Positions 36,869-46,458 of a DNA stretch of 64,000 nucleotides are shown here, in pieces (the first letter of the stretch is position 1; each line of letters begins with the position of its first letter). The DNA lies in the NCBI GenBank assembly GCA_007123715.1, contig SKKO01000006.1, forward strand, positions 1,123 to 65,122. Direction: 5' to 3'. The translations under genes and the position numbers were made by a program. Below the pieces are notes generated by a model that ran no database searches, was not told where the DNA came from, and saw only the letters and a program-made list of their open reading frames with translations. This stretch comes from Balneolaceae bacterium (GTDB taxonomy: Bacteria; Bacteroidota; Rhodothermia; Balneolales; Balneolaceae).

Positions 36869-38365
36869 TTAATGGTCATCCAACATCTCCCTGAAAGCCT
36901 GTTCAGAATGCTTATCAGGTTTTGTGAACAGGCTCACAAGCCAGGTTGCTGCAAAAGCTGCGATAAATCCGGGTACAAGTTCGTATAATGAATTCTTAAG
37001 CACCGGTATAAAGTACCATATAATAGTTACCGAGGTGCCGCTGAAAAGACCCGCAAAAATACCCGCACGGGTAGTTCGCTTCCAAAAAAGTGCAAGAATG
37101 GAAGTGGGGCCGATGGCTGCTCCCAACCCTGCCCATGCAAACAGCACCAGCCAGAAAACAAGGTTTTCTGCAAGGTACCCAAACAAGAGTGATAGCACCA
37201 CGATGATAAAAACAACCATCCGGCTGTAAAGTACAAGGCGTTTTTGATCCACCTTTTCTCCTTTTCTGATAATCTTTTCATACACATCGCGTACAATGCT
37301 GGATGCTGCCACAAGAAGCTGGGAATCGGCTGTACTCATGATGGCTGCAAAAATCGATGCCAGCACAATCCCGAATAAAACGGGAGGCAGATGTTGCTGT
37401 GCAAGTACAGGAAATAGATTTTCAGTATCCGCGGCCGGCAGCATGGCTACATCTGGATAATACGCGCGCCCTGCCAGACCGATGAATACGGCACCCCACG
37501 CCATCAGTACATTCCATATTGTGCCGATAACCGCAGCACTGCGTAATTGCCTTGAATCGTCAATAGACATATACCTGGCAAGAATGTGAGGGTTGCCCGG
37601 AGATCCCAGCCCGATTCCCAAAAAACCAATGGCAGCTCCGGCTGAAATGGCAAAAGGATCAACATATATCACATTCATGGCAGCAAGCTGTTCCAGCAGT
37701 ATGGATAAGCCGCCGAAATTAAAAATCACAACAACCGGCAATACCACCAGCGCCAGAATCATCAAAATAGCCTGGAACATATCTGTAAGACTTACTGCAA
37801 GAAACCCCCCCACAATGGTATATGCCACTACAATCACTGCAGTTATCAACATGCCGGTATTCATTTCCAATCCGAAACCTGAAGCAAATGCTTTACCTCC
37901 TGCAACAAATTGGGCTGAGATGTAGCCAATCATGAATACAATGAAAATCAAAACAATCGTAATGCGGAGCTTCCCGTTTTCATCGCCAAACCGTTCGGCA
38001 AAAAAATCGGGAATAGTAATACAGTCTCGTTTGCCGGTAAAATTTCGCAAGCGGCGGGCATAGTAGAGAAAGAGAAAAAGTTCCACGACTATGTAACCCG
38101 CAACAGCCCAGACTGCGGAAGGCCCTCTTGCATATGCCATCCCCGTAACCCCAAGTAACAGCCAGGCACTTCGTCCCGATACCACCGCCGAAAGTGCAAC
38201 CACGAAGCGGTTCATTTTGCGCCCGCCAATAAAAAATTCACTAATCCCTTTAGAGGAAAAACGGTTGGAGTAAATTCCGATTATGATGAGAAAAAGCAGG
38301 TATCCGATAAATGCGCCTGCAGCATAGCTGTCGAAACCTTCAGCTATTTGATGCATATCCTGCAT
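36869..38365 (-). CDS. putP: Sodium/proline symporter (SSS family)
   Basis: EFFIGGR, ALSAVVSGRSAWLLLG, GLGSPGNPHILARYM, AAIMSTADSQLL, VLFAWAGLGAAIGP. Start re-set to ATG 38365 (MQDMH). Confidence 0.9.
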   Translation of the reverse strand: MQDMHQIAEGFDSYAAGAFIGYLLFLIIIGIYSNRFSSKGISEFFIGGRKMNRFVVALSAVVSGRSAWLLLGVTGMAYARGPSAVWAVAGYIVVELFLFLYYARRLRNFTGKRDCITIPDFFAERFGDENGKLRITIVLIFIVFMIGYISAQFVAGGKAFASGFGLEMNTGMLITAVIVVAYTIVGGFLAVSLTDMFQAILMILALVVLPVVVIFNFGGLSILLEQLAAMNVIYVDPFAISAGAAIGFLGIGLGSPGNPHILARYMSIDDSRQLRSAAVIGTIWNVLMAWGAVFIGLAGRAYYPDVAMLPAADTENLFPVLAQQHLPPVLFGIVLASIFAAIMSTADSQLLVAASSIVRDVYEKIIRKGEKVDQKRLVLYSRMVVFIIVVLSLLFGYLAENLVFWLVLFAWAGLGAAIGPTSILALFWKRTTRAGIFAGLFSGTSVTIIWYFIPVLKNSLYELVPGFIAAFAATWLVSLFTKPDKHSEQAFREMLDDH

Positions 38366-38366
38366 A

Positions 38367-38453
38367 TTAACGGCCAGTTTTATGTGCAAGATAAACAGAG
38401 ACCGCAATGATGAGCACAGGAAGTATAAACATTACAAACAAAAAAGAGAGCAT
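38367..38453 (-). CDS. Small single-TM protein directly upstream of putP (28 aa; 38 aa if GTG at 38483 is used)
   Basis: Manual translation MLSFLFVMFILPVLIIAVSVYLAHKTGR*. The stop TAA is separated from the putP ATG by one nucleotide (TAA-T-ATG). Confidence 0.6.
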   Translation of the reverse strand: MLSFLFVMFILPVLIIAVSVYLAHKTGR

Positions 38454-38747
38454 GTAGAAAATTGTTTCACGGTTTTCATTCACACAGTATAGTAACAAAA
38501 AAGTGAGCGTCATTTCAAAATCATTTTGAATTGACAGAAATTAAGCATGATTTTGGGTACTTTTCAGATTACCGGCCATCAGGATGCCCGGCTCGGCATT
38601 CGCCGCAAAACAAATTGCAGCGAATTACAGCCCATGCTTTTTGAAGGTTGCAGCAGGTATGAGGATTTGTTAGTATTGCCTTATATTCAGAGTGCTAACC
38701 AGCAGAGATGAACTTTGCTCCCGACTTAAAAATTTTGATAGAAGAAT

Positions 38748-39863
38748 ATGAAATTTAATGTATCAAGTAACGATTTAAACGCAGGGCTCTCAGCGGTTAT
38801 AGGGGCCGTTCCCGCTAAAGCAACTCTGCCAATTCTGGAAACCATTCTTTTTGAGAGTGAAGACGGCAGGCTTAAACTCACCGCCACCGATCTTGAAATA
38901 TCCATTGTGGAATTCATCGATGCAGACATCGAAGACGAAGGCGCCGTAGCAATTCCAGCCCGGCGGCTTCTCGAAACGTTGCGGCAATTGCCAAATATCC
39001 CGGTTTTTTTCGAAGTGGACGAAAACCAGCATATAGAATTTAAAACCGACAAGGGAAAATATAAACTGGTTGGAGAAGAACCCGATGAATTTCCGGAAAT
39101 TCCAAGTATGGCCAGCGGAATCTCTTTGAGCACAGAAACTGCACTTTTAAAAAATGCCATCCAAAAAACCATGTTTGCCGTTTCAACTGATGACTTGCGC
39201 CCTGCTATGATGGGTGTCTATTTTGACATCGGAACAGATACCTCCCGGTTTGTTGCAACTGATGGCCATCGGCTGGTGAGATACGAAAATTCCAATTTTA
39301 CATCCGCCGAACCACTCACGTTTATTGTTCCCGATAAAGCTCTCAGCCTTGTTATAAAGGCACTGGATGGAGCCGAGTGTGCCCTGGTTGTATCTGATGA
39401 CCATGTACAATTCAAGAGCGGAAGCACCATTGTCATTACACGACTTATCAATGAACAATACCCGAATTATGAATCGGTGATACCGCGCGACAATGAAAAA
39501 TTTCTGGTGATCGATAAAAACCAGATGCTGGCTACAGTAAGGCGCGTTTCCGTTTTTTCCAGCAGCACAACGAGGCAGATACGGCTTCAAATTCAAAAAA
39601 ACAAAATCACTATAAGAGCCGAAGATCTGGATATGAGCAGCGAGGCTAAAGAAACTATAGCCTGTGAATACAGTGATGAGGAGATGGAAATCGGTTTTAA
39701 TGCAAAATATCTTGCCGATGTTCTGAGCAACGTCGACGGAGATGAAGCAAAATTCGAATTTTCTACACCGAACCGGGCAGGTATAGTTAAACCGGCCCGG
39801 GAGGAAGAGGGTGAAGAGATGCTGATGCTCGTAATGCCGGTAATGCTCAACACATACGGATAA
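38748..39863 (+). CDS. dnaN: DNA polymerase III beta sliding clamp
   Basis: LTATDLEI, RPAMMGV, VATDGHRL, TRLINEQYPNYESVIP, IGFNAKYL, LVMPV. Confidence 0.97.
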   Translation: MKFNVSSNDLNAGLSAVIGAVPAKATLPILETILFESEDGRLKLTATDLEISIVEFIDADIEDEGAVAIPARRLLETLRQLPNIPVFFEVDENQHIEFKTDKGKYKLVGEEPDEFPEIPSMASGISLSTETALLKNAIQKTMFAVSTDDLRPAMMGVYFDIGTDTSRFVATDGHRLVRYENSNFTSAEPLTFIVPDKALSLVIKALDGAECALVVSDDHVQFKSGSTIVITRLINEQYPNYESVIPRDNEKFLVIDKNQMLATVRRVSVFSSSTTRQIRLQIQKNKITIRAEDLDMSSEAKETIACEYSDEEMEIGFNAKYLADVLSNVDGDEAKFEFSTPNRAGIVKPAREEEGEEMLMLVMPVMLNTYG

Positions 39864-40157
39864 TCACTGAAAGAACGGTTTTTTACTTTCTGAGTTAAAA
39901 CATCTTTATCGTAACAGGACAGAAAGATCTTATTAATGGCCACAATTAACACCTTTGTGGTTAAGAAAAATTTTCCCAAATCACTTATCCGTGATTAAGT
40001 GGCAATCCGATTTGATATCATTATCTTTTCATCACTAATCTTTAAGCCCGCTATTCGATACCAGATTTAAATTTTGATATACCGAAAGTGGAACCCGAAA
40101 ACATCGATTCACCGGGATATTTCACAAAATAATCCCTGGCAGACAGCAGATAAACAT

Positions 40158-40952
40158 ATGTCAAACCCACCAATTATTACACTTACAACAGACTTCGGAT
40201 TACAGGACCATTATGTAAGTGCGATGAAAGCTGTTATAGTTGGTATAAATCCAAATGCAAGGGTTATTGATATTTCGCACGACATACCCCCGCAGGATAT
40301 CATGGCCGGCGCGTGGGTGGTTCGCAATGCGGCATTACTGTTTCCGCCCGAAACGGTTCATGTGGTTGTGGTAGACCCCGGAGTTGGCACAGAAAGAAAA
40401 CCTGTGGCACTCAGAATTGAAAATCATTTTTTTGTTGGCCCTGATAATGGAATTTTTTCGCTGATCGGGGAGGATTTTAATTACAAAGCTGTAACTCTTG
40501 CAAATGAATGTTTCTGGAGAGAAATAAGGTCGAACACATTTCATGGCAGGGATATTTTTGCCCCCGTGGCAGCTCACCTGAGCCGGGGAATCGGTTTTGA
40601 TGAGCTCGGGCCAGCGCTTGATAAAGTGATTACCTATCGCTGGGCTGTCCCTATTTCTGACCGTGACGGCATCCAGGGCTGGATCGTACATATCGATCGG
40701 TTCGGAAATCTCATCTCAAACATACCCGCCGGGTTGATCCGGGAAACAATAGACAAATCGAATTTCAGGATCTATGTGGGCAACACAATCCTGCACCGGA
40801 TTGATACTTCCTTCGGATCGGTTCATGATGGTGAACCGGTAGCATACATCGGCAGTTCAAACAAACTCGAAATCGCCATCAACAAAGGAAATGCTAAAGA
40901 AATGCTCGGTGTTGAGAAAGGTGCGCAAATATCTATCTTCATTCAAAAGTAG
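40158..40952 (+). CDS. SAM hydroxide adenosyltransferase / SAM hydrolase (DUF62 family)
   Basis: ITLTTDFG, IDISHDIPP, VVVDPGVGTERKP, FVGPDNG, NTFHGRDIFAP, HIDRFGNLISN, LEIAIN. Start set at ATG 40158. Confidence 0.9.
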   Translation: MSNPPIITLTTDFGLQDHYVSAMKAVIVGINPNARVIDISHDIPPQDIMAGAWVVRNAALLFPPETVHVVVVDPGVGTERKPVALRIENHFFVGPDNGIFSLIGEDFNYKAVTLANECFWREIRSNTFHGRDIFAPVAAHLSRGIGFDELGPALDKVITYRWAVPISDRDGIQGWIVHIDRFGNLISNIPAGLIRETIDKSNFRIYVGNTILHRIDTSFGSVHDGEPVAYIGSSNKLEIAINKGNAKEMLGVEKGAQISIFIQK

Positions 40953-41008
40953 TGTAACAGCATTTTAGATATTGCGTATCGAAGACTATCACATAAAGCA
41001 GCTTAACC

Positions 41009-41812
41009 ATGACTATTTACGTTCGTTCACCCCTTTACGACCAGGAATCTATTCCGCTGCCCCATGAAACTTCATTGCTTTCAAAACCCTTCAATGGCTC
41101 AATTTGCTCAGGCAAGGGAGATGAATACAGTATAAAAAATAATATTGTTGAACTGCTTACCAAGGAGAAGAGTTATACGTTGGCTCAGAGTACCAATCAT
41201 TGGCGCATGACCGCTTCCATGTACGAAGATCTGTGGCGTGTACGGTCGCTTTCTCTCCTTACCGGTGAACCGTTCCCCATTGAAAAAGAGAAGGAGTTAC
41301 TTGTTGACTGGGTGAGACCGCAACCCGGAAAAACCTATCTCGATGTTGGCTGTTCAACTGCCCTTTATGCACGCTCACTATTTAAGGCTGAGCCGGAAAG
41401 TATTCAAGTGGCACTTGATTTCTCAATGGCCATGCTGGATGAGGCACGAATGAAATCGGAGGCTGACCAGGCAAATATTTACCTGATCCGTGCTGATGCC
41501 CGTGAAATGCCTTTTTTCGGTAAAACATTTGATGGTGTGGTGATGGGTGGTACCCTCAATGAACTGAGCGATGAACTTAAAGTGCTTTTTGAATGCAGAA
41601 GGGTATTGAAAGATGACGGCGTTTTTTTCGTAATGCACCTTATTCAATCAGAAACCTGGTACGGTAAAGTTCTGCAGAATTCAGCCGAATGGAGTGGCAT
41701 AAAATTCTGGACACCAGAACAAAGCAATGAATTGTTTGTGCGCGCCGGTTTTAACGTTGCAGATCAATTTACAAAAGGCATTGTTTGTTTCACAAAACTG
41801 GTCGCTATGTAA
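41009..41812 (+). CDS. Class I SAM-dependent methyltransferase with N-terminal extension
   Basis: LDVGCSTA, ALDFSMAML, RADAREMPF, ECRRVLKDDG. Confidence 0.88.
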   Translation: MTIYVRSPLYDQESIPLPHETSLLSKPFNGSICSGKGDEYSIKNNIVELLTKEKSYTLAQSTNHWRMTASMYEDLWRVRSLSLLTGEPFPIEKEKELLVDWVRPQPGKTYLDVGCSTALYARSLFKAEPESIQVALDFSMAMLDEARMKSEADQANIYLIRADAREMPFFGKTFDGVVMGGTLNELSDELKVLFECRRVLKDDGVFFVMHLIQSETWYGKVLQNSAEWSGIKFWTPEQSNELFVRAGFNVADQFTKGIVCFTKLVAM

Positions 41813-43226
41813 ATGAATCCCTATCCCTGATTTGCCGGTAACTCTGTTCCAGATCAATTACCGGCTCCGGATAATCTTTCCCAATTTTTACCTCGTACAG
41901 GGTTTGCTGATCCGTACTCATGCGATGTGGCTGGTGGATGAACTCAGCTGGAACTTGTCTTAATTCCGGTATCCAGTGCCGTACGTATTCTCCTTTTTTA
42001 TCATAGTTTCCAGCCTGGTTCAGAATATTGAAATAACGGTTGCGCGGGTCATGTCCAACCGTGGCATTATACGCCCAGTTCCCCCAATTGCTGCACACAT
42101 CATAATCTATCAGCATTGATTCAAACCAGGCCGCACCCCATCTCCAGTCGAAATCCAGATTTTGTGCAAGAAAACTCGCCACGTTTTGCCTCCCCCGGTT
42201 GCTCATATAGCCGGTCTGGAATAATTCACGCATATTGGCATCAATAAACGGAATGCCTGTTTGCCCATAGCACCATTTTTGGAATATCAGGCCATCTGTT
42301 TTTTTATTGAGTTCCTTCCCCTGAATTCCGCCCAGCCTGAAGATCTCATTGCCATGCTTCATCGCCGAGAATCGAAAGTAATCGCGCCACATCAGCTCAA
42401 ACTTCATCCAGTATGTGGAGTCATTTTTATACACTTCCCTTTCATACTTCTCTGTCTGTTCATATATGGTTCTGGCTGATATACATCCATGTGCCAGCCA
42501 TGGAGACAGTTTTGATGAATAGTTGGCCCCCAAAAGTCCGTTTCTTGTATATTTATAGTTTCTGAGTGAATCCGATTCAAAGAAATAGTGTTCCAGCCTT
42601 TTTTTCGCTTCACGTTCTCCGCCCTTGAAATCCAAAACGGCTCTATTGCCGGTTTCTTCCGGTTTTAATCCAAGTTCTTCAACATCTGGAATTCTGCCGG
42701 GAAATGTTTCAATCGCATTAAAATGCATTTGCACTATTTTTAAAGGTGTCCTTACGCTGCAATTTTTTTCAACCCTTTTTCTGAATGTTGTAAACACATC
42801 TGTAAGTTCATCAACCGGGAAAGGGAGATCCTCAGGATGGTATAATGTATACCCGTGGAATGAGTACATTGGAATGCTGACAGAATCCCTTACTGCCTTT
42901 TCAACACGCAGCTCCTCATCCGTTACTTCAGTATGGTAATAGATGGCATCGGGTTTCAGCTCATCTATCAGTTCGGGAATCACGGTTTCCGGTTTTCCGA
43001 TTCTCACAACGAGGGTTCCATTGAGCAGCCCTCGAAGTTCCTCCACGCATTCAATCAAAAATTTCGTGCGAATGGCGCCGGTTTTCGGAAAACCATATTG
43101 AGTTTGCTCAAAATGACGGGGGTCAAAACAATACAGTGGGATAACTTCACCACAAATGGATGCCTGATGAAGTGGCTCGTGATCTGTGATGCGCAGATCG
43201 TTTCTGAACCAAACTAAATTTTTCAT
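41805..43226 (-). CDS. Cryptochrome DASH (photolyase/cryptochrome family)
   Basis: VWFRNDLRITDH, GFPKTGAIR, YKYTRNGLLGANYSSKLSPWLAHGCIS, FELMWRDYF, GYMSNRGRQNVASFL, DYDVCSNWGNWAY. Confidence 0.92.
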   Translation of the reverse strand: MKNLVWFRNDLRITDHEPLHQASICGEVIPLYCFDPRHFEQTQYGFPKTGAIRTKFLIECVEELRGLLNGTLVVRIGKPETVIPELIDELKPDAIYYHTEVTDEELRVEKAVRDSVSIPMYSFHGYTLYHPEDLPFPVDELTDVFTTFRKRVEKNCSVRTPLKIVQMHFNAIETFPGRIPDVEELGLKPEETGNRAVLDFKGGEREAKKRLEHYFFESDSLRNYKYTRNGLLGANYSSKLSPWLAHGCISARTIYEQTEKYEREVYKNDSTYWMKFELMWRDYFRFSAMKHGNEIFRLGGIQGKELNKKTDGLIFQKWCYGQTGIPFIDANMRELFQTGYMSNRGRQNVASFLAQNLDFDWRWGAAWFESMLIDYDVCSNWGNWAYNATVGHDPRNRYFNILNQAGNYDKKGEYVRHWIPELRQVPAEFIHQPHRMSTDQQTLYEVKIGKDYPEPVIDLEQSYRQIRDRDSFT

Positions 43227-43279
43227 TCTTTTAGCGAATAAATTCGGAATCGAAAAAAATCATTCCCTGCCATATACAA

Positions 43280-43729
43280 TTACCGAAAACGCTTTGCAGC
43301 CTCAACGGCAAGCCTGTCAACCCGGTCGTTTAGTTTGTTATTTGAATGGCCTTTTACCTTTATCCATTGTACCTGATGATGGTTTATTGCCATAAGCATC
43401 TCTTCCCAAAGCTCACGGTTTTCAACCGTTTTTTTATCGGCTTTTTTCCATCCTTTTTTTTGCCAGTTTTCAATCCAGCCTTTTGTAAATGCATTTACGA
43501 TTAACGCGCTGTCACTGTGAATTTTTACACGGCACGGTCTGTTCAGCGCTCTCAGGGCTTCAATCACCGCCCGCATCTCCATCCGGTTGTTTGTGGAATG
43601 CGGCTCTCCCCCGCTCAATTCTTTTTCTTTTCCGTTGTGAATCAGCAAGGCACCCCAGCCTCCCGGCCCGGGATTTCCACTGCATGCACCATCAGTGTAT
43701 ACAATTACTTCAGGGCTGTTTTCAGACAT
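43280..43729 (-). CDS. rnhA: Ribonuclease HI
   Basis: YTDGACSGNPGPGGWG, TNNRMEM, SDS, NRELW, KVKGHS, NDRVDRLA. Confidence 0.96.
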   Translation of the reverse strand: MSENSPEVIVYTDGACSGNPGPGGWGALLIHNGKEKELSGGEPHSTNNRMEMRAVIEALRALNRPCRVKIHSDSALIVNAFTKGWIENWQKKGWKKADKKTVENRELWEEMLMAINHHQVQWIKVKGHSNNKLNDRVDRLAVEAAKRFR

Positions 43730-44561
43730 ATTGTTTTGTAATAATGCTTAACGATTCCTTTACCATTGCAGCTTTAATCGATACTTTTTCCATCCAGTCT
43801 TCCGAATCTTCACCGGCATAAATTACCGATCGTGAAGAATTGATAATCGGCAACCCCTTATGGTTTTTCAATATTTCAGCTAAATCTTCGATGTTGCCGC
43901 CTTGCTTACCGATCCCCGGGATAAGGAGATGTGCCTCCGGAAAAGCGTTCAGTACGGGCCTGATCCACTCTGTTTGAGTGGCGCCTGTAACAAGGCCAAG
44001 ATGAGAAGAACTTTTGCACTTTTTTTTAGCGAGTTCTTCAGCGATGTACTCTCCGAGTGATAATCTTCCTTCAAATCTGCGCTGCAGTAGATCCGAAGCT
44101 CCGCGATTTGAAGTCATTGCAAGTACAAATACAGCTTTTTCCGGGTCATCCATAAAAGGATCTATTGTTTCCATACCCATTAAAGGGTTTAATGTGATAG
44201 CATCGGCTCTCAGGCGTTCAAAGAAAGCCTGTTTATATTGCATCGCGGTGTGCCCGATATCACCCCGTTTGGCATCCATAATCAGGATTCTGTTGGATGG
44301 CACCATATCAGAAACTTCTTCAAGTACTGCCCATCCTTTACTGCCTAATGCTTCAAAAAATGCCGTATTTGGTTTAAAAGCGCAGGCGCAGGATTTTGTA
44401 GCTTCAATAATACGCCTGCAAAAATCCAGGATTAGTTTATCGTCTTCACGAAAGGTTTCCCGCAGGGGTTTTGGAATATATTCCGGAACAGGGTCAAGGC
44501 CCACACAAAGTACAGATCCAGATGAGGAAATCGCATTTTTAAGTTTTACCGTGAAGTTCAT
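43722..44561 (-). CDS. pyrF: Orotidine-5'-phosphate decarboxylase (Bacteroidota-type)
   Basis: LCVGLDP, FKPNTAFFE, DAKRGDIGHT, TSNRG, GATQ, LIPGIGKQGG, INSSRSVIYA. Confidence 0.95.
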   Translation of the reverse strand: MNFTVKLKNAISSSGSVLCVGLDPVPEYIPKPLRETFREDDKLILDFCRRIIEATKSCACAFKPNTAFFEALGSKGWAVLEEVSDMVPSNRILIMDAKRGDIGHTAMQYKQAFFERLRADAITLNPLMGMETIDPFMDDPEKAVFVLAMTSNRGASDLLQRRFEGRLSLGEYIAEELAKKKCKSSSHLGLVTGATQTEWIRPVLNAFPEAHLLIPGIGKQGGNIEDLAEILKNHKGLPIINSSRSVIYAGEDSEDWMEKVSIKAAMVKESLSIITKQYV

Positions 44562-44672
44562 AAACTTTTCACCTTATCTTATTGCCTGATTAATTAAAAT
44601 GCTAAGATAAGGCGTTCAAAATTGCGTTACATTTATTTATCATTTACAGGGCAATGAATTTAAATTAATTTT

Positions 44673-45416
44673 ATGAGCTGGTTTGCGGATTGGTTTGACA
44701 GCCCACTTTATGAACAATTGTATTCAAGCAGGAATGAAGATGAAGCTGCTTTGCTGGCTGATTTGATTGAAGAACAAATTCCAAAACAATTTTACCCGAA
44801 GATTCTTGATCTCGGCTGCGGGAGAGGGCGGCATTCTATTGCCCTTGCTTTACGTGGTTATCAGGTAACCGGGGTTGATCTTTCCGAAGAAGCCATCAAA
44901 CGTGCAGAACAAAAGGCCGGTAAAAAAGGTGTCGGGCTGAATTTTTTTGTCGGTGATATGCGTAACTCACTTAACATTTCTTTTGATGCGATTGTAAATC
45001 TTTTCACTACCTTCGGCTATTTTATTGATGACCGGGAGAATGAAAACGTAATTTTTAATGCAAGCTCCATGTTAAGGCCGGGTGGGATGCTGATGATCGA
45101 TTTTTTCAATGCCCGTCAGGTTAAAAAAAAACTGGTGCCTGAAGATTCTGGTTCTTTTAAAAACCTTGAATTTCATATAACCCGCTATATTCAGGACGAT
45201 ATGGTTTTCAAAAAGATTTTATTCGACGACCCTTCACTCACAAAACCGGTTCAGTATATCGAACGGGTAAAATTGTATGATCTCGATTGGTTCCTGAGAG
45301 TGTTTGCAGTAAATCAGCTTCAGCTGATTTCTGTTTTTGGAGATTATGAAGGAGGCCAATTTGATGCCGGTAATAGTCCCCGCCTGATCATGCTTTGCCG
45401 TAAAACAGGCGAATAA
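44673..45416 (+). CDS. Class I SAM-dependent methyltransferase
   Basis: WFDSPLYEQLY, LDLGCGRGRH, GVDLS, GDMR, NLFTTFGYF, SPRLI. Confidence 0.9.
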   Translation: MSWFADWFDSPLYEQLYSSRNEDEAALLADLIEEQIPKQFYPKILDLGCGRGRHSIALALRGYQVTGVDLSEEAIKRAEQKAGKKGVGLNFFVGDMRNSLNISFDAIVNLFTTFGYFIDDRENENVIFNASSMLRPGGMLMIDFFNARQVKKKLVPEDSGSFKNLEFHITRYIQDDMVFKKILFDDPSLTKPVQYIERVKLYDLDWFLRVFAVNQLQLISVFGDYEGGQFDAGNSPRLIMLCRKTGE

Positions 45417-45457
45417 TCAGCTTCTCGATACTTCACATATCGGCAGATGTGCGTTCG

Positions 45458-46117
45458 TCAGATACTCGTTGAGGAAAACACCTCTTCGGCTCCGTGCGGT
45501 GGCCGTTCGAGTGTCCAGGTTTCAAAATAAAACTGCCGTTCGGAGCGAATTCGCTTTCCGTTGATACTGAAAAAACGGAAATCGTGACCAACAAGCTCTC
45601 TCAGTGGGTAAAAAAGCTTCGGGTAGAGGTTGTCTCGGGAGAATAAATGCAGGTCGAAACCCTGATGAGCCTGCTCTTTATATAATACCATGTCGCCGGA
45701 TCCAAGCACTTCAGCCAGCTCTTCTTTTTTATGGCCTACATTACTGTTCTTATCAATTCTAAGGGATTCCGGATCCCATTGCAGAATATCTTTTTCAGTC
45801 AAAATGATTGCCTGTCCGATTTCAGCTGTTTCAATCAGGGTGTCAAATGAACCGGATTTGTCACCAAAAAACAGGTTATACCCTCTAAGTGCTTCAGAAA
45901 CAGCACTGATGATAAATCCATATTTATTTAAACGATTCAGCCCAAACAGGTTTTCTTCCGGCACTGAACCGGTAATATAAAATTTGGAATAGGTAGGATC
46001 CGGCTTCATAAAGTCTTCAATGCTCATCGTAACTTCCTGTACATTACGGTCAGTATGGCGTTTGCGAAGGGCATCGAGCCGCAGGTCGTGTTCAAAAATC
46101 AGCTTAAAGATATCCAT
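45458..46117 (-). CDS. Hypothetical protein (219 aa)
   Basis: Long ORF filling the gap, natural composition, no recognised motif. Confidence 0.75.
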   Translation of the reverse strand: MDIFKLIFEHDLRLDALRKRHTDRNVQEVTMSIEDFMKPDPTYSKFYITGSVPEENLFGLNRLNKYGFIISAVSEALRGYNLFFGDKSGSFDTLIETAEIGQAIILTEKDILQWDPESLRIDKNSNVGHKKEELAEVLGSGDMVLYKEQAHQGFDLHLFSRDNLYPKLFYPLRELVGHDFRFFSINGKRIRSERQFYFETWTLERPPHGAEEVFSSTSI

Positions 46118-46125
46118 GAAATGTA

Positions 46126-46146
46126 GGCCGGGCAGCTTGCCCGGCT
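46126..46146. repeat. GC-rich palindrome, copy 1 (GGCCGGGCA-GCT-TGCCCGGCT)
   Basis: Near-identical to the copy at 46503-46523. Confidence 0.75.
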
Positions 46147-46269
46147 CCTGAGTGTGAATTAAGGTTTATTCTATTGTACCCAATAAAAATCAAATGACTT
46201 TAACCGGTACGACAGGTTTCATTTTTTTCAAAATTCTTTGTCCCATATAAAATAAGTAATACTGAAACC

Positions 46270-46442
46270 ACTCCCGGCAAAAGCCATACAGGGTTTGCTG
46301 ATTCACGATCAGTCAGATAACGATCGGGGACTTCAAATGTTCCAGTCTTTTCTCGTGTGGAAACAAGTTTTACGTTAGATAAGAGAAAGAAAGGCAGGCC
46401 AGCGGGACAGCAGATTGTAGGCACTTTCCTTACTCCCGGAGT
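46270..46442. ncRNA. Candidate ~175-nt structured ncRNA (6S-like?); strand not resolved
   Basis: 46270-46300 pairs with 46408-46442 (ACTCC-GG/CCGGAGT, GCC/GGC, TACA/TGTA, TTGCTG/CAGCAG) and encloses three hairpins. Folded by eye only. Confidence 0.35.
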
Positions 46443-46458
46443 CACCCTGAGATGAAGC

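Noticed and set aside
38748-40070. Possible replication origin near dnaN
   Set aside because: No adjacent dnaA and no cluster of TTATCCACA boxes; only isolated mismatched hits such as TTATCCGTG.
40158-40952. Fluorinase/chlorinase call for the DUF62 protein
   Set aside because: TFHGRD with the Asp-Arg-His triad indicates the hydroxide-using SAM hydrolase branch.
46327-46343. GGACTTCAAAT resembles the tRNA-Sec anticodon loop
   Set aside because: The flanking stem does not pair as in selC, and there is no T-arm (GTTCGA) or acceptor stem.
46395-46440. Minus-strand AAGGAAAGTG...CTGTCCCGCTG resembles part of a cobalamin riboswitch
   Set aside because: It lacks the GGTG-AA-TCC hairpin and the downstream CTGT element, and no B12-related gene follows.
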